From: Candidatus Woesearchaeota archaeon
GTDB lineage: Archaea; Nanobdellota; Nanobdellia; Pacearchaeales; GW2011-AR1
Length of the DNA: 50,715 nt
Direction of reading: 5' to 3'
Assembly: GCA_964613185.1 (NCBI GenBank)
Contig: CAZTIP010000001.1
Span: forward strand, 1 to 50,715
In this document: positions 18,940 to 28,461 of the stretch, in pieces
Layout of the letters: every line of letters begins with the position of its first letter
Numbering within the stretch: position 1 is the first letter of the stretch
The notes under the pieces: generated by a model
Told to the model about the DNA's origin: nothing
The model's database searches: none
What the model saw: only the letters and a program-made list of their open reading frames with translations
Made by a program: the position numbers and the translations under genes

Positions 18940-20289
18940 ATGTTAAATATAATAAAAAGAGTATCTGAAGAATTTCTGAAAATTTCTGAAAAAAAACCTA
19001 TAAGAATTATAAGTCATTTAGATTGTAACGGGGTAACTTCTTCTGCAATTCTGGCAAAAACATTTCAAAGGTTGGATCGGCAATTTACATTGAGGACAAC
19101 CAATGGATTAACTAAAGAAATAATTGAAGAAGAATTAAAAAAACAGCCAAACGAAATTTTAATTTTTAATAACGTAAAATCAGAAGATTTAAAATATTTT
19201 CAAAATTCAAGAGAACCAATTTTTATTTTTGGAGACAATAAAATTAACATTGATGAATTAAGCCAAAATATCAAAATTATAAATCCTCACCTAACAGAAA
19301 ATCCAGAAACAAATAATTGCACAGGTGCAGAAATTTGTTATTTATTCTCAAAATCAATTTCAGAAGAAAATAAAGACCTATCAAGTATTGCAGTAATAGG
19401 AATGGTGGGAGAGGGAAATGAAGGAAATATTTCAAAAATTAATCAAACAATTTTAGAAGACACTACTGATTTAACTATCAAAAAAGGGCTAACTCTTTAT
19501 CCTGCAACAAGGCCATTAAAAAGAACTTTAGAATATTCTACATCACCTTACATTCCAGGAGTCACAGGAAACAGTAACGGAGCATTATCACTTTTAAAAG
19601 AAACAAGGATAGATTCTAAAAAAAACCTCTTAGAATTAGATGAGGAAGAAATGTCGAGGTTAATAACTTCTATAATGGTTCTGCAGGCAAAAGATAACAC
19701 CATTGAAAATATAGTAGGAAATTTATACATCTTAAGATTTTTCAACACACAGGAAGATGTAAGAGAAATTTCAGTTTTGATAAATGCATGTTCAAGATTA
19801 GGACACAGCGATACTGCAATTGCATATTGCCTGGGGAATAAAAAAGCAAAGGCAAGGGCATTAGAAATCTATACAAATTATAAACAAGAATTAGTTTCAG
19901 GATTAAAATTAGCCGAAAATATGGAAAAAATTAATGGGAAGGGGTTTGTAATTTTGAATGCAAAAGACCAGATAAAGGATGTTGTAGTTGGGACGATTTG
20001 TTCTATGATTTCAGCTTCAGCAACTTACGAAGAGGGAACGATTTTAATTGGAATGGCCTATAATCAAAATAAAATAAAAATTTCTGCAAGAATCGTAGGA
20101 AAACAGGGAAGAAATTTAAAAGACATTTTAGAAAAAACAATTACATCATTCAAAAATAATCATCCAGAAACAGAAGCAAAAGTAGGAGGACATCAGTTTG
20201 CAGCAGGTTGTTTAATTGAAAAAGAAAAAGAGGTCCCATTCATTGAAGAATTAAAAAAAACTTTAGAAATCGAAATTGTCAAAATCTAA
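18940..20289 (+). CDS. RecJ/Cdc45-like DHH-family protein (GAN clade), catalytic motifs degenerate
   Basis: ISHLDCNG, INPHL, INACSRLG, KISAR, GGHQFAAG (DHHA1); sits directly after rps15 as GAN genes do. Confidence 0.85.
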   Translation: MLNIIKRVSEEFLKISEKKPIRIISHLDCNGVTSSAILAKTFQRLDRQFTLRTTNGLTKEIIEEELKKQPNEILIFNNVKSEDLKYFQNSREPIFIFGDNKINIDELSQNIKIINPHLTENPETNNCTGAEICYLFSKSISEENKDLSSIAVIGMVGEGNEGNISKINQTILEDTTDLTIKKGLTLYPATRPLKRTLEYSTSPYIPGVTGNSNGALSLLKETRIDSKKNLLELDEEEMSRLITSIMVLQAKDNTIENIVGNLYILRFFNTQEDVREISVLINACSRLGHSDTAIAYCLGNKKAKARALEIYTNYKQELVSGLKLAENMEKINGKGFVILNAKDQIKDVVVGTICSMISASATYEEGTILIGMAYNQNKIKISARIVGKQGRNLKDILEKTITSFKNNHPETEAKVGGHQFAAGCLIEKEKEVPFIEELKKTLEIEIVKI

Positions 20290-20336
20290 GTTTTCAAACC
20301 CAAAAAACTTAAAAAGACATCCAATCACTTAAATCT

Positions 20337-20507
20337 ATGGAAAGAAAAGGAAAATTCATCAAAGTTGTTTGTTCAAAATGCAAATCAAATCAAGTAATTT
20401 TTGGAAAAGCATCAACAAAAGTAAGATGTTTAGATTGTGAAACTGTTTTAGCATTGCCTTCAGGAGGGAATGCAAAAATTCGTTCAAGAGTAGAAGAAGT
20501 TTTATAA
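20337..20507 (+). CDS. rps27e: 30S ribosomal protein S27e (not in ORF track)
   Basis: MERKGKFIKVVCSKCKSNQVIFGKASTKVRCLDCETVLALPSGGNAKI. Confidence 0.95.
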   Translation: MERKGKFIKVVCSKCKSNQVIFGKASTKVRCLDCETVLALPSGGNAKIRSRVEEVL

Positions 20508-20552
20508 TTCTAAATTACAAAAATTTAAATAAACAATCTAATATTAATTTTT

Positions 20553-21257
20553 ATGGAAGAAGGAGATATAATTTTATGCAAGGTAGAAAGAGTAACTAAT
20601 ACAATTACATTTGTAAGATTGCCAAACGGAAAAGAAGGAACCATTATTTCTTCAGAAATTTCGCCAGGAAGAATAAAATTCATGCGTCAATTTGTGGTTC
20701 CAAATAAAACCATTGTTTGCAAAATATTAGAAATATCTGGAGACAATATTCATCTTTCATTAAGAAGGGTAAATTCAAAAGAAAAAAAAGAAGTAATGCA
20801 AAAATTCAAACAAGAACAATCAATAAAAACAGCATTTAATCAAATTTTGAAAGAAAAATCTGAAAATATAAGGGAAAAAATTTTAAAAGATTTTGAAAAT
20901 CTTTCTGAATTTTTAGATAAATCTAAAGAAGACAAAGATATTTTAAAAAAATACATTCCAGAAGATAAAAAAAATGCAATAGAAAAATTAACTGAAAAAA
21001 GAAAAAAACATACAGAATTAAAACATGAAATCTCAATAAAATGTTTTGAAGATGACGGGGTAGAAAAATTAAAAGAGATATTTAATATTAAAAACACTGA
21101 TGTTTCAATAAATTATATTTCTGCAGGTAATTTTACAGTTAGTTTAGCAGTCAAAGATTTCAAGGAAGGTAAAAAGAGAATGCAGGAATTAATTGAAGAT
21201 TTAGAAAAAAAATCAAAAAAATATAATTGCGAATTTTTAGCCGTTGAAAAAAAATGA
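20553..21257 (+). CDS. eif2a: Translation initiation factor 2 subunit alpha
   Basis: N-terminal S1 domain (SEISPGRIK..HLSLRRV); lies between rps27e and nop10. Confidence 0.88.
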   Translation: MEEGDIILCKVERVTNTITFVRLPNGKEGTIISSEISPGRIKFMRQFVVPNKTIVCKILEISGDNIHLSLRRVNSKEKKEVMQKFKQEQSIKTAFNQILKEKSENIREKILKDFENLSEFLDKSKEDKDILKKYIPEDKKNAIEKLTEKRKKHTELKHEISIKCFEDDGVEKLKEIFNIKNTDVSINYISAGNFTVSLAVKDFKEGKKRMQELIEDLEKKSKKYNCEFLAVEKK

Positions 21258-21400
21258 ATCTTTTAAAAAAATGTAATCGGTGCAAGATTTATACCTTAAA
21301 AAAAATTTGTAAAAAATGTAATAAAGAAACTTTATCTGCACATTATAAATTTTTAAAATTAAAAGATGCACCCTCTAGAAGAACATCTTTCAAAAAATAA
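21254..21400 (+). CDS. nop10: Nop10-like zinc-ribbon protein (not in ORF track)
   Basis: KKCNRCKIYTLKKICKKCNKETLSAH; ATGA overlap with aIF2alpha; conserved gene order. Confidence 0.8.
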   Translation: MNLLKKCNRCKIYTLKKICKKCNKETLSAHYKFLKLKDAPSRRTSFKK

Positions 21401-21403
21401 TTT

Positions 21404-22012
21404 TTAATTTTTAATTTTTAATTTCAAAAAATTTTTAACAATTTTCAAATCAGATTCCCACAAAGGAGTAAGTTTAGTCCGATTATAAATTATGGCGGCA
21501 GGATGAAAAAGTGGGATCAAACAAAATTTTAATCCATTAATTTCGACATCTTGTATTTCACCATGGATGGATGTAATTCCCGGTTGTTTCTTCATTTGTT
21601 CAACATCCCCCCCAGATAAAAAAAATTTGGTTGCATAATTTCCAAGACTGCAAACAATTTGCGGTTTAATATCCCTAATTTGTTTCAAAAGCCAAGGAGT
21701 GTGGGCTAAAATTTCTTCAAAATTGGGGTTCCTATTTTCGGGAGGACGGCATTTTAAAATATTCGCAACATAAACATCTTCCAAACTCAATCCAACTGAT
21801 TTCAAAAGTTTATCTAAGTTTTTCCCAGAAGCTCCAACAAAGGGAACTCCTTCTAAATCTTCCTTTCGTCCAGGTGCCTCACCAACAAATAAAATATCTG
21901 CATTCAAATTTCCCTTTCCAACTACAATATTTTCACAATCATTAAATAGGCTAGTTTCTTTAACCAATATAGCTTCGGGAAAATCAAATTCAGGATTATT
22001 TTTATTCGACAT
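21404..22012 (-). CDS. udg: Uracil-DNA glycosylase family 4
   Basis: GEAPG..ED..G.PFVG, NILKCRPPENR, HPAA. Confidence 0.93.
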   Translation of the reverse strand: MSNKNNPEFDFPEAILVKETSLFNDCENIVVGKGNLNADILFVGEAPGRKEDLEGVPFVGASGKNLDKLLKSVGLSLEDVYVANILKCRPPENRNPNFEEILAHTPWLLKQIRDIKPQIVCSLGNYATKFFLSGGDVEQMKKQPGITSIHGEIQDVEINGLKFCLIPLFHPAAIIYNRTKLTPLWESDLKIVKNFLKLKIKN

Positions 22013-22099
22013 AAAATTAAAATAATTTCAAACTTAATAAATTCATCCATTAAAATAATTTAAACCCAAATAATATAAATCTAAAAGATAATTAAGCTT

Positions 22100-23128
22100 A
22101 TGAAAACAAAAGAATTTTTCAAAAACTTTAAACCAAATGCATTAACAATAATTCTTGTGTGGTCGATAGTTTTAATTTATCGATCATTAGATTATTATAC
22201 TAATTTTTTAAGATCAGATACTCAAAAAGTAATTATTTACCTTGCAATAATTTATACAATAGTGAATTTCATCGAAGGAATTCTTTATCCAAAAAGAAAG
22301 AAAGAAAATTCTAAAGGGCAAGCAGTTTTTGAAGTAATAAAAATAACATTAAAAAATATAAAAGATATAATAAAAAATCCTCAGATAAAAAAACTTCAGG
22401 ATATAAATAAAAAACAAAAAAATCTTTCCCTTTTTGTATTGGTTAAATTCTTTTTCTTGCCATTAATGTTAAATTTTTTATTTGGAAATTTTTACAGTAT
22501 TTTAAATGGGATTGAGGAACTTTCAAATATCACAAATTTAGCAACCTTAAATTCATTTAATCAATTAATATTTCCAATAATCATTTCATTCATTTTTTTT
22601 ATAGATACGCTTTATTTTGCATTTGGATATGCTACTGAGGGAAAATCACTAAAAAATAAATTAAAATCTGTTGAACCAACTCTTTTTGGATGGGCAGTTG
22701 CATTAATTTGTTATCCACCATTTAACGGAACATTCACAAATTATATTTCTTGGTTCCCAAAAACAAATGTAATTGCATCAACGGTAACAAAGACATTTTT
22801 TCTGAAAATTTCCATAATATTTTTTCTATTAATTTATTTGAGTGCAACACTTGCATTGGGTGCAAAATCTTCAAATTTAACAAACAGGGGAATTGTTTCG
22901 AGAGGGCCCTATAAAATAATTCGACATCCTGCCTATATTTCAAAAAATATTTCTTGGTGGATAATGGTAATTCCAATAATTTCAATAAAGGTATTCACAA
23001 GTGTTTTAATTTGGTCAATAATTTATCATTTAAGGGCAATTACTGAAGAAAGGCATCTAATGCAGGATGAAGATTATGTAGAATATTGCAAAAAGGTAAA
23101 GTACAAATATATTCCATTTATTTATTGA
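22100..23128 (+). CDS. Isoprenylcysteine carboxyl methyltransferase/PEMT-family membrane protein
   Basis: Multiple TM segments; GPYKIIRHPAY and RAITEERHL..Y..Y motifs. Confidence 0.8.
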   Translation: MKTKEFFKNFKPNALTIILVWSIVLIYRSLDYYTNFLRSDTQKVIIYLAIIYTIVNFIEGILYPKRKKENSKGQAVFEVIKITLKNIKDIIKNPQIKKLQDINKKQKNLSLFVLVKFFFLPLMLNFLFGNFYSILNGIEELSNITNLATLNSFNQLIFPIIISFIFFIDTLYFAFGYATEGKSLKNKLKSVEPTLFGWAVALICYPPFNGTFTNYISWFPKTNVIASTVTKTFFLKISIIFFLLIYLSATLALGAKSSNLTNRGIVSRGPYKIIRHPAYISKNISWWIMVIPIISIKVFTSVLIWSIIYHLRAITEERHLMQDEDYVEYCKKVKYKYIPFIY

Positions 23129-23136
23129 TCTAAAAA

Positions 23137-23388
23137 TTATTTCCTGGAAATTTTACTTTTCCAAAAAATAATTCCAACAATTATAATAAAAACAAGGGAA
23201 AGAAAAATAAATGCATTTTTTTCCCCTGAATAAAAATCTTCAAAAAAATTGGCTCCATTAATATTCAATCCATTTTCAGAAAATTCCCCAACACCTCCAG
23301 AAGAGGAACTTCCACTAATAGAATCAACAAATGAAATAGAGTAAATAAATAAAAAGCTGACTAAAATTAAGAAAATTTTCTTCATCAT
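23137..23388 (-). CDS. Small two-TM membrane protein
   Basis: N-terminal signal-like helix, Ser/Gly linker, C-terminal TM with basic tail; upstream TATA. Confidence 0.6.
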   Translation of the reverse strand: MMKKIFLILVSFLFIYSISFVDSISGSSSSGGVGEFSENGLNINGANFFEDFYSGEKNAFIFLSLVFIIIVGIIFWKSKISRK

Positions 23389-23479
23389 CGAGAGATAAAA
23401 TAATAAAACTTAATAAACCTAACTATATTTTAATTTTCGAAAAGTTTAGTGTAAGAAATTATAACAATTCATAATAAAA

Positions 23480-24556
23480 TTAAACGTCAATATCTCTTAA
23501 TCCGCCAGTTTCAATCATAAAAACAGTTTCATTATCCGGCAAGTCCGGACTATCAATCAATTTAGCAACACGGGAATCTTTTTTACCCCTTCTTAAATAC
23601 ATTCTGTAAGTGCAGGCATGTCCAACAATATTTCCTCCAATAGCTTTTGTTGGGTCTCCAAATAATTGTGCAGGATCGCTCATAACCTGGTTTGTAACAT
23701 AAACTGCAAGATTATTCATTTCAGCAATTTTCATAAGATTATGTAGATATCTATTCAATCTTTGCTGTCTATCTGCTAATTGTCCCCGCCCACCATATTC
23801 TGCACGAAAGTGAGCCGTTAGAGAATCGATAATCATTAGTTTTATTGGCTCCCCATCTTTTACTAATTCGTTGACTTTTTCCAATAAAAGCATTTGATGA
23901 TCTGAATTAAAAGCCCTTGCAACTAAAATATTTTTTAAAACTTTGTCTGGATTAGCACCAATCCCTTCTGCAAATTGACGAACTCTTTCTGGCCTAAAAG
24001 TTCCTTCAGTATCAATATAAACTGCCTTTCCATTTGCACCCCCCTGTTCTTCAGGTAATTGTACACCTACAGCTAAAGATAGTGCTAATTGGGTTTTACC
24101 AGAACCAAAAGCTCCAAAGGCTTCTGTAATGGATTTTGTTTCTATCCCCTTCCCCCCAAGAAGATTATCTAAATTCTTAGAACCTGTAGTAATATGGCAT
24201 AAATCCTTTCTCTTTTCTTCCTGTGCAAGCCCATCACTAAAACCAAGATCCATCATTTGACGAGCAGATTGGATTGCCTTTCTTGCAGCTGCTTCACCCA
24301 TTCCAGCAGTTTCAGCCAATTGTGGGGGGGTTAAAACTGCTAAACCCATTAAATCATAAATTCCTGCAGCCTCCAATTTTGCAACAGCACCAGGGCCAAC
24401 CCCAGGAATATCAATTAAGGAAGCTTCTTTTTCTTTAACTTTTTTAGAAGTTTTTTTAGCTTTTTTTTCAGTTTCTCCTAAAACATCCTCTTCAGAAGTC
24501 ACTTCTTCACCAATTTTTTCCTCAATTTCCTCAGGACTTTTTGATTTAACAACCAT
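23480..24556 (-). CDS. radA: DNA repair and recombination protein RadA
   Basis: HhH N-domain, GAFGSGKTQ, YIDTEGTFRPER, GGNIVGH; ATG at 24556. Confidence 0.97.
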   Translation of the reverse strand: MVVKSKSPEEIEEKIGEEVTSEEDVLGETEKKAKKTSKKVKEKEASLIDIPGVGPGAVAKLEAAGIYDLMGLAVLTPPQLAETAGMGEAAARKAIQSARQMMDLGFSDGLAQEEKRKDLCHITTGSKNLDNLLGGKGIETKSITEAFGAFGSGKTQLALSLAVGVQLPEEQGGANGKAVYIDTEGTFRPERVRQFAEGIGANPDKVLKNILVARAFNSDHQMLLLEKVNELVKDGEPIKLMIIDSLTAHFRAEYGGRGQLADRQQRLNRYLHNLMKIAEMNNLAVYVTNQVMSDPAQLFGDPTKAIGGNIVGHACTYRMYLRRGKKDSRVAKLIDSPDLPDNETVFMIETGGLRDIDV

Positions 24557-24612
24557 ATCTCTCAAAGAACATCTAGGATTTATAAGGATTTATATGATTA
24601 AAACTAAATAAT

Positions 24613-25059
24613 TCAATCTTCAAAATCAAATTTCTTTTTTTTAAAAAAATTGTTTGGAACCCTATATTCTTCCCATTTTACATTTCCTTTTTTAATCACT
24701 TCTTTTAAATTTTTTTCTCTTGGAGAAAGTTTTGAATTGCCACTTTTCACCTCGACAAAAATAACTTCGGAAATTTTTCCAGTAGATTCTTCATTAAAAA
24801 CTATAAAATCTATTGGTTTTCCTAAAAATTTGCAATCATTTGGATTAAATTTAAAATCTGGCAAGTAGGGAGCTAATTGTTCAGAAAATTGTCCATACAA
24901 AACAGAACGGGAACGCATCACCGCATCTCTTCTATGATTCTTAATTTCATTTTCCCAATATTTATCTCTAAAAAAACTCCCTCCACGAAAACCAATACGA
25001 TAAGCAACAAAAAGTCCAACAAGAAAAATAATCAAAATAAAAACAATTTCCAAAACCAT
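24613..25059 (-). CDS. Membrane-anchored Holliday junction resolvase-like endonuclease (COG4741 type)
   Basis: N-terminal TM; RSRSVL.GQFSEQLAP, FLGKPIDFIVF, FVEVKSG (PD-(D/E)xK). Confidence 0.88.
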   Translation of the reverse strand: MVLEIVFILIIFLVGLFVAYRIGFRGGSFFRDKYWENEIKNHRRDAVMRSRSVLYGQFSEQLAPYLPDFKFNPNDCKFLGKPIDFIVFNEESTGKISEVIFVEVKSGNSKLSPREKNLKEVIKKGNVKWEEYRVPNNFFKKKKFDFED

Positions 25060-25182
25060 CAAATCTAAGAATATTTTTTCAATTAAAAAAGTTCCTATTT
25101 TAAAAATTATTAAATCTTAATAAACTATCAAGGACAAACATCTGAATCTTATGTCCAAAAAAAACGAACTATTTAAAGATTA

Positions 25183-26283
25183 TTAAAGGCAAGTTTCATA
25201 AGTTTGTGTCCAACCACTAAAAGAACCAACCATAGAACATCCCCCGTTAGGATCATTATCACTCACAGAAACTCCTGAATTTGCCCAAATATTGCCACAA
25301 CTAGTTACTTCAACCATATCGCCACCCATTGTTCCAAACCTACAATCATTCCCAAAAATATTCTCTTCAACTCGGGCATTTGTAGAACTTGGAAGATTAA
25401 GATCATGAACTAAAATAATAGAAAGTGCACCACCATTAATCCAATTTTTCCTTATAATGAGATTCTCGATAAGTCCACTGAATTGTCTTGCAGATACCAC
25501 GCTAGCTCCCTCTTGGACGTCTAAATTATTACATTCTATGTATGCATCCCCCCCAGTAATCTGAATCGCATCGTTATGTGTCACTCCAAATATAACATCC
25601 AGATCATGGATCCAATTTCCTTCAACAATAGTCTTTTCTTCTCCTGAAAAAAGTTTAATAGCATCCACAGAATTAGAGAATTCATTTCCTAGAATTCTCA
25701 TCGAACTTCCAAGAATATGTGCAGAAATAGCATTTTTAAAAGTACTATGCTCTATCATAATCCCATCACTATAACCACTTGATGACTGAATACAATAATT
25801 AAAACCACTACAATCCATAAACACATTACTGATAGTTGTATCTGCAAAATTTGGACGAATCTCAACATACCCATTTATCTCTGAATTCGTCACAGTTACA
25901 TCATCAGCATTAATCCTAAGGTGACCAGTTATAATTGCATTACTAATTATTGTTCCAGGGGTTGTAATAGTCATAGGGCCAGTATAAGGGATTAATGGAC
26001 CTACAGGAGTTTTATATCCAGTATTACTCGGCCCAGGTTTTCCATTAGGACAATCATTTACAGGTGCAGGATTAGCACCACAATCGCTAGGACAACTGAG
26101 GAAATTTTCACCAACTCTAACATCACAAATTCCATTCCCGCAAGAAGTGTATTTTTGAAGAGGAGGAGATTTCTGAATAGAATCCCTATAATTAAAATAA
26201 ACAACCAACGCTATAACAACAACTGCAATGATTAAAAGAACTTTAGAAAGATTATTATTTTTAGGCATCATCTTCTTTTTCAT
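25183..26283 (-). CDS. Membrane-anchored right-handed beta-helix protein with Cys-rich spacer
   Basis: N-terminal TM, CGNGIC..E...CPSDC module, PGPSNTG..YTGPMTITTPG, repeated (I/V)EGNWI-like turns, HNDAIQ. Confidence 0.7.
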   Translation of the reverse strand: MKKKMMPKNNNLSKVLLIIAVVVIALVVYFNYRDSIQKSPPLQKYTSCGNGICDVRVGENFLSCPSDCGANPAPVNDCPNGKPGPSNTGYKTPVGPLIPYTGPMTITTPGTIISNAIITGHLRINADDVTVTNSEINGYVEIRPNFADTTISNVFMDCSGFNYCIQSSSGYSDGIMIEHSTFKNAISAHILGSSMRILGNEFSNSVDAIKLFSGEEKTIVEGNWIHDLDVIFGVTHNDAIQITGGDAYIECNNLDVQEGASVVSARQFSGLIENLIIRKNWINGGALSIILVHDLNLPSSTNARVEENIFGNDCRFGTMGGDMVEVTSCGNIWANSGVSVSDNDPNGGCSMVGSFSGWTQTYETCL

Positions 26284-26326
26284 CTAATCTGGGGGGGATG
26301 GAAAGTATTTAAACTTTTCCTAAAAA

Positions 26327-27271
26327 TCACTCACTAGTCTCTAAAACTTCAATCAATTTCTCAACATCAACTTTCTCAATATTATTCGCAACAACTTCAA
26401 GATTATTAAATAATTGGTTTCGCTTAACATTTCCCGAAAGATAAACTTCTGTTCCCATAAAATCATCCCTAAACAAAATAGATTTTTCAGAATCTTTCAA
26501 ATCATCTTCCGGAACTAAGCTATTTATTGAATCAGAAAACATTACAACCCTCATTGTTTCAGTCCCATCATCTAAAACAAAATTCAAAATAGCTCTGCTC
26601 TTTGGAGTAACCGCCCCATGTTCTGCACAATTAAAGAGCTCTCCTTCAGAAATTACTTTTTTATTACATTCTGGACAAACAGAATAGAATCTAGGTTGAA
26701 AAATTTGAACTACAATTCCCCTAACCTTGATAGTCTGACCTTGTTGTGCGTCGATTAAGGATTTTTCAGAAATAGCGAGTTCAGTTTTAACATTTTCAAA
26801 AGCTTGAGAACTCTTTTTAATTTCAGAAAAACTTGAAAGGTGAATTTCATTCTCCTTAGTAGAACCGTTTTTTATTTCAACAGAATCTCCTTGTTTCAAT
26901 TCCTCATTTTCAAAAAGAGAGATATGATTCACATCCCATAAAACTGCCTTAGAATTTCCAGTTTCGTCTGCAACAATAAAATTTAAAACTTTTCCTGAAC
27001 GGCCATTTTTTTCGAATTCCCTAACGGGGAAAACAGTCACAATTTTTCCAACAATATTTACTTTCTTCATTCCATGCATTAACTCACTAATCTTCAAATC
27101 TTGATCTTCAAAACTTATTCCAAGTTCTGCAGAAATTATTTGTGCAGCACCTTCTTTAGAAATCAGTCCAGAAAGTTTTGCTTTTTTTGCCTCAACCATT
27201 CTTTCAATTTCCTCCTTAGGTTTATCTGCAGATTTCGCAATTCTCTCCAAGAGTAACTCATAATTTTGCAT
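26327..27271 (-). CDS. rpa: Replication protein A (OB folds with zinc finger)
   Basis: GLISKEGAA N-terminus, OB fold VADETG..LW, CPECNKK..C..HG, VLDDGT. Confidence 0.88.
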   Translation of the reverse strand: MQNYELLLERIAKSADKPKEEIERMVEAKKAKLSGLISKEGAAQIISAELGISFEDQDLKISELMHGMKKVNIVGKIVTVFPVREFEKNGRSGKVLNFIVADETGNSKAVLWDVNHISLFENEELKQGDSVEIKNGSTKENEIHLSSFSEIKKSSQAFENVKTELAISEKSLIDAQQGQTIKVRGIVVQIFQPRFYSVCPECNKKVISEGELFNCAEHGAVTPKSRAILNFVLDDGTETMRVVMFSDSINSLVPEDDLKDSEKSILFRDDFMGTEVYLSGNVKRNQLFNNLEVVANNIEKVDVEKLIEVLETSE

Positions 27272-27399
27272 TATTTAAAAAATTAAGAAGACTATTTAAG
27301 TATTATTGGACTTTAGTCTTAAATAATTCAATTAATTGAAGATTTCCAGATAAAATTATAACTCAAAAAGTTTATAAACTAAACTCAAGAAGGACAATT

Positions 27400-27546
27400 A
27401 TGAAATGTATAAGTTGTAAAACAGAAAACCAAAATAGTGTAAAATTTCCATGTCCAAAATGTAAAAAGGAACTAAAAAGATGCGAAAAATGCCGAAGTTT
27501 ATCTATAGAATATAAATGTGATAATTGCGATTACAGAGGACCCTAA
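27400..27546 (+). CDS. Small zinc-ribbon protein (DUF1610/HVO_2753 type; not in ORF track)
   Basis: MKCISC..FPCPKC..RCEKCR..YKCDNCDYRGP, four CxxC; canonical position upstream of EF-1beta. Confidence 0.9.
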   Translation: MKCISCKTENQNSVKFPCPKCKKELKRCEKCRSLSIEYKCDNCDYRGP

Positions 27547-27821
27547 TGGCAACAGCAGGAATTCAATTTAAAATAATGCCGGAAGGTGTTGATGTAAATT
27601 TAGAAGAATTAAGGGAAAAAATCAAAGAAAAAATAAATAACTTTGAATCAGGGGTTTTTAATGAATCCAAAGAGGAACCAATTGCTTTTGGGTTAAAGTC
27701 ACTACTAATAACTTTTGCATTATCAGAGGATAAGGAAGTTGAAGATGTTGAAAAAGAGATAAGAGAAATTGAAGGAGTTTCATCTGTAGAATTAATGGAT
27801 TACAGAAGAGCAGTTGGTTAA
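27546..27821 (+). CDS. ef1b: Elongation factor 1-beta
   Basis: KIMPEGVDVNL, EEPIAFGLKSL, IEGVSSVE; TAATG overlap. Confidence 0.93.
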   Translation: MATAGIQFKIMPEGVDVNLEELREKIKEKINNFESGVFNESKEEPIAFGLKSLLITFALSEDKEVEDVEKEIREIEGVSSVELMDYRRAVG

Positions 27822-27858
27822 TCCATAAATTTATAATTCTAAAAAAACTATTTTAAGA

Positions 27859-28461
27859 ATGGCATTTACAAAAGAGGAGGCAGACAGTGTAAAAGAGCAT
27901 CTTTTAAAACAACTTACTAATTTTCCAGAAAATAAAAGGGTTGAGATAAGAAACCAAATAGAATCTATGAGTCCTGAACAAATAGAAAATTTTGTTAATC
28001 AAAATAATTTAAAACATCTTGGAAGTTCATGTATTTTTTGTTCGATTGTGGGTGGAAAAACAGACTCATTTCAAATTGCAGAAGATGAAAAAAATATTGC
28101 AATTCTTGAATTAACCCCGTTAAGTAAAGGACACACATTAATAGTTCCAAAAGAACATTCCAAAGAAGTCCATACATCTTCAAAAATATTTTCGGAAAAA
28201 ATCTCAAAAATACTTGAACAAAAATTTAATCCAAAAAAAATAAAGATAAATGAAATTGAAATCATGGAACATAAACTTTTAGAAATAATTCCATTATATG
28301 GTGATGAAACTGAAAGGAAACAAATTTCCGAAATAGAATTAAAAAATCTTCAAGAAGAAATTTTAGAAAACGAAGAATCCAAAAAAGAGGAAATTAAAAA
28401 AGAAAAAATTGAAGAAGTTCCAGAAATTGAAATTCCAATAATAAGTCCAAGAATTCCTTAA
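27859..28461 (+). CDS. HIT-family protein lacking the histidine triad
   Basis: CIFCSIV..P.SKGHTLIVPKEH present; HxHxH replaced by HKLLE. Confidence 0.75.
   Translation: MAFTKEEADSVKEHLLKQLTNFPENKRVEIRNQIESMSPEQIENFVNQNNLKHLGSSCIFCSIVGGKTDSFQIAEDEKNIAILELTPLSKGHTLIVPKEHSKEVHTSSKIFSEKISKILEQKFNPKKIKINEIEIMEHKLLEIIPLYGDETERKQISEIELKNLQEEILENEESKKEEIKKEKIEEVPEIEIPIISPRIP

Noticed and set aside
25132-25156. GGACA...TGTCC inverted repeat between the beta-helix and resolvase-like genes
   Set aside because: Only 5-bp arms; insufficient for a terminator or operator call
27251-27325. Single AGTAACT in the rpa 5' coding region and short inverted repeats in the rpa/zinc-ribbon intergenic region
   Set aside because: An isolated 7-mer and 7-8 bp arms are expected by chance in AT-rich DNA with divergent TATA boxes
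27525-27545. Extended N-terminus of EF-1beta in the ORF track
   Set aside because: Overlaps the zinc-ribbon gene; the TAATG-coupled ATG at 27546 is the likely start
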